From IMG/VR virus record IMGVR_UViG_3300020450_000008: DNA of 64,000 bases; one strand, written 5' to 3'. Below, piece after piece: positions 8,951-19,219 of the stretch. The notes below the pieces were generated by a model. That model was not told where the DNA came from and did no database searches. It saw nothing but the letters and a program-made list of their open reading frames with translations. Position numbers and translations under genes: made by a program. The DNA comes from a virus. Its lineage: Duplodnaviria; Caudoviricetes. Numbering within the stretch: the stretch's first letter is position 1; every line of letters begins with the position of its first letter.

Positions 8951-10311
8951 TCGTCTTAGGACTTAGTGAAGGATACCATGACGCAGGAGCTTGTCTTATC
9001 GAAGATGGAGAGATACTTAGCGCCACTCATGCAGAAAGATTATCACGTAAAAAGAATGATAGATGGCTACATCCAAAACAAAAGTATCTTGAAAATCTAG
9101 CTCATAAAGTTTCTTTCTTTGAAAAGAATTGGCTAAAATTTTCTAGGCAATGGTATTCTGGCCAAAAAGAACTGGCAGACTTTAGATTAAGTAAATATGA
9201 GCACTCCCACTATCATCATGAGTCCCATGCCGCTGCTGGATTTTATACATCTAAATTTGATAAGTGTAACATATTAGTTATAGATGCGATAGGTGAATGG
9301 GATACTGTTTCTGTCTGGGAAGGCTGGATGCATAGAAACAAGCCTAAAATGAAAAAAGTATGGAGTAGAAAATATCCATATTCAATAGGGTTATTTTATT
9401 CAGCTATAACAAAGGCTGTAGGTTTAAAACCACAAGAAGATGAATATATTACTATGGGAATGGCCGCTTATGGAGAGCCTAAATACTACGATGAATATAA
9501 AGAAATATTAGATAATCATAATTGCCATAAGGGTATGCCAAAAGTTTTAAAAGGTTACCCCAATGACATAGCAGCATCAGCGCAACTTTTAGTAGAAGAG
9601 GAAATAATTAAAATAGTTAAAAATCATTGCCATAGTAAAAATTTAGTAATGATGGGTGGAGTTGCTTTAAATTGTGTTGCTAATAGTAGAGTCGCTAAGT
9701 TAGGGAAAAAAATATGGATAATGCCAAATCCTGGAGACTGCGGTTCTGCTCTTGGCGCAGCAGCTTTGACATACGGAAAGAAAATTAATTGGGAACATCC
9801 ATATCTTGGAACAGAAATAAAAGGCAAAATAAATGTTAAAGAAGTTGTGCGCCATCTTCTTAAATACAAATACTGTGGTATTGCTAATGGTTGTGCAGAG
9901 TTTGGTCCTCGCGCTCTTGGTAATAGAAGCCTTATCGCAGATCCTAGAGAAGATATTAAAGACACTGTAAATAAAATTAAACGTAGACAACCATTTAGAC
10001 CGTTTGCGCCCGCGATTTTGGAAGAATACGTAGATGAATATTTTGAAGGCCCGATGAATGAATATATGCAATTTGTAGCTATGGCTAAGCATGATCATTA
10101 TTCTGTTACGCATATTGATGGCTCAGCAAGAGTTCAAATTGTAAAAAGAGATTGTAAGTCAATAATAAGACCATTATTAGAAAGTTGGTATGACAAAACT
10201 AAATGTCCGATGCTACTTAATACGAGCCTAAATATAAAAGGACAACCTATGGTTGACAACGAAAATGATAAACAACAATTCATGAAAGAGTATAAAGTAA
10301 AGGTTTTTTAA
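8947..10311 (+). CDS. Carbamoyltransferase, NodU/CmcH family
   Basis: YHDAGACL, HHESHAAAGF, GGVALNCVAN, PGDCGSALGAA, EFGPRALGNRS, RPFAP, DGSARVQ, LLNTSLN. Confidence 0.9.
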   Translation: MIVLGLSEGYHDAGACLIEDGEILSATHAERLSRKKNDRWLHPKQKYLENLAHKVSFFEKNWLKFSRQWYSGQKELADFRLSKYEHSHYHHESHAAAGFYTSKFDKCNILVIDAIGEWDTVSVWEGWMHRNKPKMKKVWSRKYPYSIGLFYSAITKAVGLKPQEDEYITMGMAAYGEPKYYDEYKEILDNHNCHKGMPKVLKGYPNDIAASAQLLVEEEIIKIVKNHCHSKNLVMMGGVALNCVANSRVAKLGKKIWIMPNPGDCGSALGAAALTYGKKINWEHPYLGTEIKGKINVKEVVRHLLKYKYCGIANGCAEFGPRALGNRSLIADPREDIKDTVNKIKRRQPFRPFAPAILEEYVDEYFEGPMNEYMQFVAMAKHDHYSVTHIDGSARVQIVKRDCKSIIRPLLESWYDKTKCPMLLNTSLNIKGQPMVDNENDKQQFMKEYKVKVF

Positions 10312-10785
10312 ATGGAAGATATAAAACAATTAAAGCTTAGCGATGGTGAAGAAATAATAGCAGAGATTCTAGAAGAAGTCGATGACGAACTTTTGGTCCG
10401 CTTACCATTAAGAATAATAAAGGTAGATTTATCTATTGATCGCACTCTCTTTACATTTAAATCTTATATGACATACTCTGAATTTACAGATCAAATAGTT
10501 TCAATAAATTTGTACCACATTATTGCTATTTCAATTCCTCACGAAGATTTATTAGAACAATACGACCGGGCGAAGGAAAAAATTAAAGAATATAAATTAG
10601 AATCTCGTGATCTCAGTATTTACGATACCACAGATTCAGCATTAAAAGACGCATTTAGTACGGTAAAAACAAAAATAAAGAGTGATTTAAAAGACTTTAG
10701 TAAGATTCCTGGAGAAGAGATGGATTCAGCATCATCTAATGTAATATATGTACCGTTTTCTACAGATAAAGACAAGATGCATTAA
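10312..10785 (+). CDS. Conserved T4-like hypothetical protein upstream of gp55 (Sm-like N-terminus)
   Basis: IKQLKLSDGEEIIAEI N-terminus; position between uvsW and gp55. Confidence 0.55.
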   Translation: MEDIKQLKLSDGEEIIAEILEEVDDELLVRLPLRIIKVDLSIDRTLFTFKSYMTYSEFTDQIVSINLYHIIAISIPHEDLLEQYDRAKEKIKEYKLESRDLSIYDTTDSALKDAFSTVKTKIKSDLKDFSKIPGEEMDSASSNVIYVPFSTDKDKMH

Positions 10786-10819
10786 CGTATACTCCTCCCA
10801 CTCCAAAAAACCTCTATTA

Positions 10820-10848
10820 ATTATACCATATTTTTAACAGTTTGTAAA
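10820..10848 (-). promoter_or_regulatory. Antisense-oriented sigma70-like promoter TTTACA-N17-TATAAT
   Basis: Reverse complement reads gtttacaaactgttaaaaatatggtataat, matching the phage promoter family exactly. Confidence 0.6.
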
Positions 10849-10880
10849 CGTTTTTTTTCACATTTTAATTATTTTTTTAG

Positions 10881-10909
10881 TTTACTTTTAGGTGAAAATA
10901 GATTATAAT
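10881..10909 (+). promoter_or_regulatory. Early/middle promoter TTTACT-N17-TATAAT (gp55)
   Basis: Member of the recurring motif with 17-nt spacer. Confidence 0.65.
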
Positions 10910-10933
10910 ATTATTATTGAAAGGTAAAATAGT

Positions 10934-11524
10934 ATGGCGAAACGCAGTAAAAATGTTCATTACGTAAACAATCAAGAGTTTTCTCAAGCTGTTGTTAGTT
11001 ATGTAGGAACTGTAAGAGAAGCAAAAGACGCAAATAAACCAATCCCTGTAGTTACAGATTATGTGGCTACATGTTTTTTAAGAATAGCAGAAAATCTTTC
11101 TCATAAGTCTAACTTTATAAGATACACTTACAGAGAAGAAATGGTTATGGATGCTGTAGAAAACTGCTTGAAAGCTATTGAAAACTACGATATCAATGCT
11201 TCAACTAGAACAGGCAAACCAAATGCTTTTGCGTATTTTACACAAATTATCTGGTACGCGTTTTTGAGAAGGATTTCAAAAGAAAAGAAACAACAAGATA
11301 TTAAAGAAAAGTATCTTTCACAATCAGGTATAGAAGCCTTCCTTCAAGCAGAAGGTGGCGATATGTCTACATCAGTTGTTACTAATTTTGTTGATACACT
11401 TAAAGATAGAATCGATAAAGTTAAGAATTATGATGCTGATTTAAAAGCCTTTGCTCAAAAACAAAAAACTAGAAAAAAGAGAGCGGTAAACGTTGACTCA
11501 GATTTAACTGATTTTTTAAAGTAG
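10934..11524 (+). CDS. gp55: Late-transcription sigma factor
   Basis: HYVNNQEF, IAENLSHKSNFIRYTYREEMVMDAVENC, NAFAYFTQIIWYAFLRRI; C-terminal DLTDFLK clamp-binding-type tail. Confidence 0.95.
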   Translation: MAKRSKNVHYVNNQEFSQAVVSYVGTVREAKDANKPIPVVTDYVATCFLRIAENLSHKSNFIRYTYREEMVMDAVENCLKAIENYDINASTRTGKPNAFAYFTQIIWYAFLRRISKEKKQQDIKEKYLSQSGIEAFLQAEGGDMSTSVVTNFVDTLKDRIDKVKNYDADLKAFAQKQKTRKKRAVNVDSDLTDFLK

Positions 11525-11539
11525 TAATAGGAAGGAAGA

Positions 11540-12601
11540 ATGAAAGTTGCAATACTGAATGATACCCATTGTGGTATCAGAAACAGTTCTGATGTTTTTT
11601 TAAATAACTCTGCTGATTTTTACGATAAGGTATTTTTTCCTTATTGTCAAGAACACGATATAAAGCAGATAGTACACTTAGGCGATGTATACGATCATCG
11701 TAAGTTTATAAACTTCAGAGCGTTAAATCATTATAGAAAACATTTCTTAAATAAGATTAGAGAATATGGTATGATCATGGACGTTATTCCAGGCAATCAT
11801 GATACGTATTATAAAAATACTAATGAACTGAATTCATTAAAAGAATTGTTAGGTCATTTTATGAATGAGATTCATATCATAATGGAACCTAAAGTTATGG
11901 AATATGGTTCATTAAAAATGGCTTTACTCCCTTGGATAAACGGAGAAAACTATGATAGGTCTATAAACTTTATAAAAGATTGTAAAGCAGACTGGTTAGG
12001 TGGTCATTTAGAACTTAGCGGTTTTGAGATAATGCGCGGTGTTACTCAAATGCATGGAATGGATCATAAATTATTTCAAAAATTTGAATTAGTAATGTCT
12101 GGTCATTATCATGTATCATCTAAAAGAGATAATGTCTGGTATCTTGGAAGTCAAATGGAATTCTTTTGGTCAGATGTAAACGATCCGAAATACTTTCATG
12201 TGATGGATACTGAAACTCGTGAAGTTAAAATGATAAGAAATCCATATACGATGTTTGAAAAAATTCTATATGATGATTCCAAAGAAGACTATACACAAAA
12301 AGACGTAAGCTTTGTTGATAATAAATTTGTTAAAATAGTTGTGATAAATAGAAAAGACTTGTTTACATTTGACTCATTTGTTGATAAAATACAAAATAGG
12401 CCAATACATGATTTAAAGATCGCAGAAAACTTTGATGAGTATCTTGGTGAAAATGTAGAAGACGAATCAATATCTCTTGAGGATACTAGTACTTTACTCG
12501 ATAGTTACGTAGATGCTGTTGATACAGAACTAGACAAGGATAAGATAAAAGTATCTATGAGACAACTATTAAGTGAAGCACAGGCAATGGAAATAGCATG
12601 A
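11540..12601 (+). CDS. gp47: Recombination endonuclease subunit (Mre11/SbcD-like)
   Basis: DTHCG, HLGDVYD, PGNHD, GHLEL, SGHYH metallophosphoesterase motifs. Confidence 0.95.
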   Translation: MKVAILNDTHCGIRNSSDVFLNNSADFYDKVFFPYCQEHDIKQIVHLGDVYDHRKFINFRALNHYRKHFLNKIREYGMIMDVIPGNHDTYYKNTNELNSLKELLGHFMNEIHIIMEPKVMEYGSLKMALLPWINGENYDRSINFIKDCKADWLGGHLELSGFEIMRGVTQMHGMDHKLFQKFELVMSGHYHVSSKRDNVWYLGSQMEFFWSDVNDPKYFHVMDTETREVKMIRNPYTMFEKILYDDSKEDYTQKDVSFVDNKFVKIVVINRKDLFTFDSFVDKIQNRPIHDLKIAENFDEYLGENVEDESISLEDTSTLLDSYVDAVDTELDKDKIKVSMRQLLSEAQAMEIA

Positions 12602-14316
12602 TAATATTTGAAGCCATACGTTGGAAAAACTTTCTATCTACTGGAAACAACTGGACTGAAATTAATTTAATAAAATCTAAATCGACTCTTGTCATAGGAC
12701 AAAACGGTGCTGGTAAATCTACAATGTTAGATGCTATATCGTTTGCCTTGTTTGGAAGAGCACATCGTAATATAACTAAATCACAACTCATCAATAGTAT
12801 TAATAATAAAAATTGTGAGGTTGAAGTAAAATTTACCATAGGAAAATCTAAGTTTAGAGTCCTACGTGGAATCAAACCAAACACATTTGAGATTTGGAAG
12901 AATGGCGATATGATAAATCAATCGTCGCATTCCAAAGAGTACCAGAAGATTCTCGAACAGAACATCATAAAGCTTAATCACAAAAGCTTTCATCAGATTG
13001 TTGTGCTGGGATCTTCTTCCTTCATTCCTTTCATGCAACTCTCAGCTCAACATAGGAGAGATGTTATAGAGGATCTTCTGGATATTAATATATTTTCAAA
13101 GATGAATACTATTTTAAAAGAAAAGAACCTTGAAGTTAAAAACAAATTAAAAGAAAATGCACATCAAATAGATCTTATAAAGAATAGTTTAGACTCTCAA
13201 AGAAAATATATTAGAGATATTACTCAAATAAATGAAGATGAAATAAGAGATAGAAATAGAAAAATAGATGAACTTCATGATGAAATACAACTTTTAAATA
13301 CTAAAAATGGAGAACATAGCTTATTCTTAGAAGAAAATTCTGCTATTATAACAAGTAAGTTAAAAGAATATAACGATAAAAAAACTTCTATTCTTCATAA
13401 CAAATCCACCATGGAATCTCAAATCAAATCAATTGTAAAAGATTCTAAGTTCTATGAAGATAACGATAACTGTCCTACATGTTCTCAACCTATTGAACCT
13501 GAGTTTAAAAAACAAAAGATCCAAGAGTGTAAAGCAGAAGCTACTTCTATAAAAACACAATACGATAATATGTTAACTGAATCTCAAGATGTTTTAGATC
13601 TAATAGAAGAATGGAATGGAAAGGCAGAAGAGATACGTAATCGTCAGTCAGAAATAAATGGTAACAATAAAACTATTGAAAGTTTACAGAATCAAGTCAA
13701 CAAGACTCAAGAAGAAATTAAAAAACTTACTTCAAGAGAAGGTGATCTTGGAAAAGCAAATGAAGAACTACAAGACATGATAAATAATCGTGATACTCTT
13801 TTAGAAGATAAACTTACCTTAAATGAAGAACTTGCGTACAACGGAGTTATGGGTGAACTATTAAAAGATACTGGAATCAAAACAAAAGTCATCAAACAAT
13901 ACGTTCCAGTAATTAATAAGTTGGTAAATCAGTATTTACAAGTCTTAGATTTCTTTGTACATTTTAACTTAGATGAAAGTTTTAATGAAACAATAAGATC
14001 AAGACATAGAGATGCTTTCTCATATGACTCTTTTTCCGAAGGTGAAAAACAAAGAATTGACTTGGCTTTATTATTTACTTGGAGACAGATAGCAAAAATG
14101 AAAAACTCTGTTGCTACTAATCTTCTTCTACTCGACGAAACTTTTGATTCATCTCTTGATCATGATGGAGTAGAAAACTTAATGAAGATATTACATACAC
14201 TTGATAATAGTACTAACGTATTTGTAATATCTCACAAAGGAGAAATCCTAGACAGCAAATTCAAAGAAAAGCTTGAGTTTGTAAAAGAGAGAAACTTTAG
14301 TAAATTAATTGCATAA
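12598..14316 (+). CDS. gp46: Recombination ATPase subunit (Rad50/SbcC-like)
   Basis: GQNGAGKS, CPTC zinc hook, FSEGEKQRIDLALLF, LLLDE, VISH. Confidence 0.96.
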   Translation: MIIFEAIRWKNFLSTGNNWTEINLIKSKSTLVIGQNGAGKSTMLDAISFALFGRAHRNITKSQLINSINNKNCEVEVKFTIGKSKFRVLRGIKPNTFEIWKNGDMINQSSHSKEYQKILEQNIIKLNHKSFHQIVVLGSSSFIPFMQLSAQHRRDVIEDLLDINIFSKMNTILKEKNLEVKNKLKENAHQIDLIKNSLDSQRKYIRDITQINEDEIRDRNRKIDELHDEIQLLNTKNGEHSLFLEENSAIITSKLKEYNDKKTSILHNKSTMESQIKSIVKDSKFYEDNDNCPTCSQPIEPEFKKQKIQECKAEATSIKTQYDNMLTESQDVLDLIEEWNGKAEEIRNRQSEINGNNKTIESLQNQVNKTQEEIKKLTSREGDLGKANEELQDMINNRDTLLEDKLTLNEELAYNGVMGELLKDTGIKTKVIKQYVPVINKLVNQYLQVLDFFVHFNLDESFNETIRSRHRDAFSYDSFSEGEKQRIDLALLFTWRQIAKMKNSVATNLLLLDETFDSSLDHDGVENLMKILHTLDNSTNVFVISHKGEILDSKFKEKLEFVKERNFSKLIA

Positions 14317-14321
14317 AACTG

Positions 14322-14350
14322 TTTACATTTGTGAAAAAATTTGATATAAT
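14322..14350 (+). promoter_or_regulatory. Early/middle promoter TTTACA-N17-TATAAT (gp45)
   Basis: Exact motif with 17-nt spacer. Confidence 0.7.
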
Positions 14351-14377
14351 AATACTATATAATGATTGGAGTATATA

Positions 14378-15052
14378 ATGGAACTGAATGAAGACACACT
14401 TCAGATATTAAAGAACTTTGCTAGTATCAACTCAAACATAGTGTTTGATGAAGGTAGTACAATTAAAACTATATCTGAAGCAAAAAATATATTATCGGAA
14501 GCTACTATATCAGAAAGCTTTCCACAAAAGTTTGGTGTGTACGATTTAAATGAATTCTTAGGAGTACTTGGTTTAGTTGACAAACCTTCATTAAAGTTTG
14601 AAAAAGACTATGCTACTATTAATGACTCAACTGGTCGTTCAAAAGTAAAATATTTCTTTTCTGATACAGAAATGTTGACCACACCTTCTAAAACAATTAC
14701 AATGCCAGAAGCTGATGTATCTTTTAGTCTTGATGCCGATACACTTGGTAAGATAAGAAGAGCGGCTGGTGCTTTAGGACACAAAGAACTTAAGGTAGAA
14801 CCAAGTGGTGGAGCTGTATCTCTTACCGTTACATCCACAGAAAATTCAACAGCAAATACCTTCTCAATTGATGTAGATGGTACAGCAAACGTTGACAAAT
14901 ACAATTTTATTTTTAATATAAGTAATCTCAAGATGTTATCCGGAGATTATAATGTTGAAATATCTAAGAAACTAATATCTAAATTTACAAATTCTCAAAG
15001 CAATGTAAGTTATTGGATAGCCCTTGAAAAAACATCAACCTATGGAGTATAA
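14378..15052 (+). CDS. gp45: Sliding clamp
   Basis: ILKNFASINSNI, FGVYDLNEFL, YWIALE; start set at ATG 14378 after GGAG RBS (track starts at 14366). Confidence 0.93.
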   Translation: MELNEDTLQILKNFASINSNIVFDEGSTIKTISEAKNILSEATISESFPQKFGVYDLNEFLGVLGLVDKPSLKFEKDYATINDSTGRSKVKYFFSDTEMLTTPSKTITMPEADVSFSLDADTLGKIRRAAGALGHKELKVEPSGGAVSLTVTSTENSTANTFSIDVDGTANVDKYNFIFNISNLKMLSGDYNVEISKKLISKFTNSQSNVSYWIALEKTSTYGV

Positions 15053-15057
15053 TAGTT

Positions 15058-15273
15058 ATGGCTGAAGAAGCAAAAACAGAAAACGAACAAGAGAAAAAAG
15101 CTATGGAGCTTTTAAATCAAATATCAAGATCTGCCATTGCAGTGATTGATACCGTAACTCAACGTGGTGGATTCCGCGGTGAAGAACTTTCTACTATTGG
15201 TAACCTACGTGATCAATGTACACAAGGTGTTCAAATAGTCGAAGCATGGAAGCAGGAACAGGCTGAAGCCTAA
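15058..15273 (+). CDS. Conserved hypothetical protein
   Basis: 71-aa ORF between gp45 and gp44 (VIDTVTQRGGFRGEEL). Confidence 0.6.
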   Translation: MAEEAKTENEQEKKAMELLNQISRSAIAVIDTVTQRGGFRGEELSTIGNLRDQCTQGVQIVEAWKQEQAEA

Positions 15274-15291
15274 TATTGGATAAATTATATT

Positions 15292-16230
15292 ATGAATGAA
15301 ACTTTTTTGTGGGTTGAAAAATATCGACCACAGACTGTTGCTGACACTATCCTATCAGATAATTTAAAATCGACTTTTCAAAAGATCGTTGAATCCAAAG
15401 AGATTCCAAACATGTTATTTACTGGTACTGCAGGTACTGGTAAAACTACTGTTGCGAGAGCTTTATGTAATGAACTCGATTTAGATTATATTTTGATAAA
15501 TGGTTCTGAGGAAGGCAACATTGATACACTTAGAACTAAAATAAAACAATTTGCATCGTCTGTATCTCTACAAGGTGGATACAAAGTAGTTATACTCGAT
15601 GAAGCAGATTATCTTAATGCACAATCAACCCAGCCAGCACTTCGTGGATTCATAGAAGAATTTTCGAATAATTGTAGGTTTATTCTTACTTGTAATTTTA
15701 AAAATCGTATTATTGAGCCTCTACATTCAAGATGTTCTGTATATGAATTTAACACTTCTAAAAAAGATTTACAAGGTCTTTGTGCTCAATTTCTTAAACA
15801 CATACAAAAAATTCTTGATAAAGAAAATATTGGTTATGATCAAATGGTCATAGTTGACCTAATTATGAAATATGTACCAGATTGGCGTAGGGTGTTAAAT
15901 GAATTACAAAGATACTCTATCAGCGGTAAAATCGATGCTGGTATCTTAGTTAATCTTAGTGATAAATCTTTTGATGATTTGTTTGGTTATTTAAAATCAA
16001 AAGAATTTAAAAAGATGAGACAATGGGTTGTCAACAATATTGATACAGATGCTTCTTCTATATTTAGAGGAATATATGATAGAATGATTGATAAAGTAAA
16101 ACCACAATCTGTTCCACAATTGGTTTTAATACTTGCTGACTATCAATATAAAAATGCCTTTGTTGCTGATATGGAACTTAACGTTGTAGCATGTATGACA
16201 GAAATAATGGCAAATGTGGAACTTATATAA
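15292..16230 (+). CDS. gp44: Clamp loader large subunit
   Basis: LWVEKYRP, GTAGTGKT, ILDEAD, SRC motif, PDWRR. Confidence 0.96.
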   Translation: MNETFLWVEKYRPQTVADTILSDNLKSTFQKIVESKEIPNMLFTGTAGTGKTTVARALCNELDLDYILINGSEEGNIDTLRTKIKQFASSVSLQGGYKVVILDEADYLNAQSTQPALRGFIEEFSNNCRFILTCNFKNRIIEPLHSRCSVYEFNTSKKDLQGLCAQFLKHIQKILDKENIGYDQMVIVDLIMKYVPDWRRVLNELQRYSISGKIDAGILVNLSDKSFDDLFGYLKSKEFKKMRQWVVNNIDTDASSIFRGIYDRMIDKVKPQSVPQLVLILADYQYKNAFVADMELNVVACMTEIMANVELI

Positions 16231-16384
16231 AATATGGCTATATTCTCTGGGATCATACTCAGATGATAAAACAAAACCTTTTGATAACTATATCATATTA
16301 GTTAGAACATCATGGGTTTTGTTACACATCTGTACTTGTCTCATGATTATAGCTGGCAACGGAAAATTATTAGGGTGGTGGTAA
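16214..16384 (+). CDS. Small membrane protein (56 aa; not in ORF track)
   Basis: MWNLYKIWLYSLGSYSDDKTKPFDNYIILVRTSWVLLHICTCLMIIAGNGKLLGWW; fills the gap and abuts the next ATG. Confidence 0.55.
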   Translation: MWNLYKIWLYSLGSYSDDKTKPFDNYIILVRTSWVLLHICTCLMIIAGNGKLLGWW

Positions 16385-16783
16385 ATGTTTAAGACTGGAG
16401 CAAACTTATTTACATCAGGTGACTTTATAAGTCATGCTGGTTTACCTTTAAAATGGAAAATAGAATGTGATGCAATCAGACCAGAAGAATGGGATTGTTT
16501 AGCACAAATGATAATGGATTATGAAAAATTTCCGTTTAGAGAAGTAAAAGGAATTCCTACTGGTGGACGGTCTTTAGCTTCTGCTTTGGATAAATATAAG
16601 AGTCCTGATGCTGATGATTTAGTAATGGTAGTTGACGATGTATGGACTACTGGTACGAGCATGCGGGAATTTGTAAAAGATAACTATCCAGGCTATCTTA
16701 GTGCTCAAGTAAAAAAATGGGTTGTATTTGCTAGAAGACCACCTGACGATGGGACAAGAGCTCTATTCACTATGCCTGGTTAA
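16385..16783 (+). CDS. Type I phosphoribosyltransferase (orotate PRT-like)
   Basis: PRPP-binding loop [11 protein letters not shown]; GIPTGG; N-terminal GDFISHAG. Confidence 0.75.
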   Translation: MFKTGANLFTSGDFISHAGLPLKWKIECDAIRPEEWDCLAQMIMDYEKFPFREVKGIPTGGRSLASALDKYKSPDADDLVMVVDDVWTTGTSMREFVKDNYPGYLSAQVKKWVVFARRPPDDGTRALFTMPG

Positions 16784-16797
16784 CAAAGGAGAATCCA

Positions 16798-17853
16798 GTG
16801 CGTATAGAAAATGAACAAAAATTAGACTATGGTAATGTTCTTATAAGACCTAAACGATCAACTGCGGGTAGTAGAAAAGAAGTTGAACTTAAAAGAAAAT
16901 TTTCATTTAAATATTCAAATGTTAATGAAGAGTATGATTATACTGGTATTCCTATTATAGCAAGCAATATGGATGGAGTAGGCACTTTTAAAATGGCAGA
17001 TGCTTTAGCTAAACTAGGCTTGATGACTTGTTTAGTAAAAACATATTCAGTAACTGATTTAGTTAATTACTATGATAATAGATTAGATGATTTTGAATTA
17101 AGAACTAATAACGTTATATATTCTATGGGAATAAGTAATAATGATTATGAAAAGTTTGAAAAGGTTTATGAACAGACTGGTAATAATATTAAGTATGTTT
17201 GTATAGACGTTGCAAATGGATATAGTGAAAGATTTTTAAACTTTTGTAAGAAATTTAGAGACACATATCCAGACTTAGTACTTATGGCTGGTAATGTAGT
17301 AACAGGTGAAATGACAGAGGAGTTAATATTAAATGGTACAGATATTGTCAAAGTTGGGATTGGTCCGGGTTCTGTTTGCACGACACGGATTAAAACTGGT
17401 GTTGGTTACCCTCAGCTTAGTGCTGTTATTGAATGCGCTGATGCTGCACATGGTCTTGGAGGACACATCATTGCTGATGGAGGATGTAATTCGCCAGGAG
17501 ATGTTGCTAAAGCTTTTGCAGGAGGAGCTGACTTCGTAATGCTTGGAGGAATGTTAGCAGGACATGACGAAGGTGGCGGTGTTATCAGCACTATCGAAAA
17601 GACTGTTCAATTTTATGGAATGAGTTCTGAAACAGCAAATGAAAAACATTTTGGTGGTCTTAATGACTATAGGGCAGCCGAAGGAAAAGTTGTTGAAATT
17701 CCGTACAAAGGAAAGGTTACTAATACCGTTCAAGAAATACTTGGAGGAATCAGATCAGCTTGCACTTACACTGGAGCAATAAAATTAAAACAATTAAGTA
17801 AATGTACAACTTTTATTAGATGTCATGATACACACAATAGAGTTTACGAATAA
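16798..17853 (+). CDS. guaC: GMP reductase
   Basis: [63 protein letters not shown]. Confidence 0.92.
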   Translation: MRIENEQKLDYGNVLIRPKRSTAGSRKEVELKRKFSFKYSNVNEEYDYTGIPIIASNMDGVGTFKMADALAKLGLMTCLVKTYSVTDLVNYYDNRLDDFELRTNNVIYSMGISNNDYEKFEKVYEQTGNNIKYVCIDVANGYSERFLNFCKKFRDTYPDLVLMAGNVVTGEMTEELILNGTDIVKVGIGPGSVCTTRIKTGVGYPQLSAVIECADAAHGLGGHIIADGGCNSPGDVAKAFAGGADFVMLGGMLAGHDEGGGVISTIEKTVQFYGMSSETANEKHFGGLNDYRAAEGKVVEIPYKGKVTNTVQEILGGIRSACTYTGAIKLKQLSKCTTFIRCHDTHNRVYE

Positions 17854-17871
17854 CAAAAAATATGGTATAAT
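17843..17871 (+). promoter_or_regulatory. Early/middle promoter TTTACG-N17-TATAAT
   Basis: Variant of the recurring motif. Confidence 0.55.
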
Positions 17872-17876
17872 ATATT

Positions 17877-18470
17877 ATGAAACATGCAAGAAATATAATT
17901 TATGATTTTGAAACATTATCTCAAGAGCCTAATGGTGTAGTTACATGCTGCGCTCTTTTAATTTTTGATGAAAAGAAGTTTGACGTCAATAATGATCCAT
18001 ACACGTTTAAAGAACTTGTCGATTCTGCTAAAGTAATTAAACTTGATGTAGAGGATCAAGTAAAAAATTATAAGAGAATAATAACACAAGAAACTTTGGA
18101 TTGGTGGAAATCACAAGGATCTGAAGCTCAGAAATGGATAACACCTTCTGACGAAGATCAAAAGATCTCTAAATTGTACGATTGGTTTTGGGAAAATAAT
18201 CCTACAGATATAAAAAGCTTTTACACCAGAGGAAATACGTTTGATCCTATATTTCTTCAATCACTAATGGAAGCTACAGACAGACCAATGCCATATAATT
18301 GGTGGCAAATAAGAGATACTCGATCTTACATAGAAGGTTTAGCTTGGGGATCAGAATTAATACATGATTATATACCTCCAGGTTGCGAAGGATTTACAAA
18401 ACATGATCCAAAACATGATATAGCGTTAGACGTAATGAGAATGCAAACAATAGCAAGAGCAATAGTATGA
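17877..18470 (+). CDS. DEDD 3'-5' exonuclease, DexA-like
   Basis: IIYDFETL, RGNTFD, IRDTRS, HDPKHD motifs. Confidence 0.75.
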   Translation: MKHARNIIYDFETLSQEPNGVVTCCALLIFDEKKFDVNNDPYTFKELVDSAKVIKLDVEDQVKNYKRIITQETLDWWKSQGSEAQKWITPSDEDQKISKLYDWFWENNPTDIKSFYTRGNTFDPIFLQSLMEATDRPMPYNWWQIRDTRSYIEGLAWGSELIHDYIPPGCEGFTKHDPKHDIALDVMRMQTIARAIV

Positions 18471-19219
18471 AACTAACTTTGATAGGCTATGGCTTTGTTG
18501 GAAAAGCAATGCATCATGTTTTAAACAAGTGGCATGATATTAAAATTGTAGATCCAGAATATACAATTCAAGAAATAGAAAATGATTCAGATGGATATAT
18601 TGTTTGTGTACCAACACCAAGTTCGCATGATGGTTCATGTGACTTTTCAATAGTTGAAGATGTAGTAAAACAATGTCCAAAAGATAAACCAATTTTAATA
18701 AAGAGCACTATTAGTTTGGAAGGATGGAGAAACTTACATCAGTATGAAAAGAGTTTAAATTTTAGTCCAGAATTTTTAACAGCAGCAAATTCTATATTAG
18801 ATGCCGAAAGTAAAGAGCATATGTTATTAGGTGGTCCAGATGCTGATTTTTGGAGCGACGTATTTTTAATGTATAAAAAAGTCTTAGCTCCAATTGAAGA
18901 GTTGATATTAACTAAGTATATAATAAATTGTTTTCTTGCGTCAAAGGTTTCTTTCTTTAACGATATATATAAATTATGCAAAAACACCAATATTGATTAT
19001 GATAAAGTATGTGAACTTGTACAGACTGATGATAGGATAGGATCAAGTCATATGCAAGTACCAGGACCAGACGGTCAAATGGGATTTGGTGGTATGTGCT
19101 TTCCTAAAGATACAAAAGCATTAATTCATACTGGAATGCATTTTAGAAGTCCATTGACTTTGTTAAATGAAGTGGTGGCTTTAAACAATTTAGTAAGAGA
19201 AGACGATGAATCACTTTGA
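18467..19219 (+). CDS. UDP-glucose/GDP-mannose dehydrogenase family protein
   Basis: IGYGFVG Rossmann motif, CVPTP, IKST, SPEFL, GFGGMCFPKD; lacks the usual C-terminal domain. Confidence 0.85.
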   Translation: MKLTLIGYGFVGKAMHHVLNKWHDIKIVDPEYTIQEIENDSDGYIVCVPTPSSHDGSCDFSIVEDVVKQCPKDKPILIKSTISLEGWRNLHQYEKSLNFSPEFLTAANSILDAESKEHMLLGGPDADFWSDVFLMYKKVLAPIEELILTKYIINCFLASKVSFFNDIYKLCKNTNIDYDKVCELVQTDDRIGSSHMQVPGPDGQMGFGGMCFPKDTKALIHTGMHFRSPLTLLNEVVALNNLVREDDESL

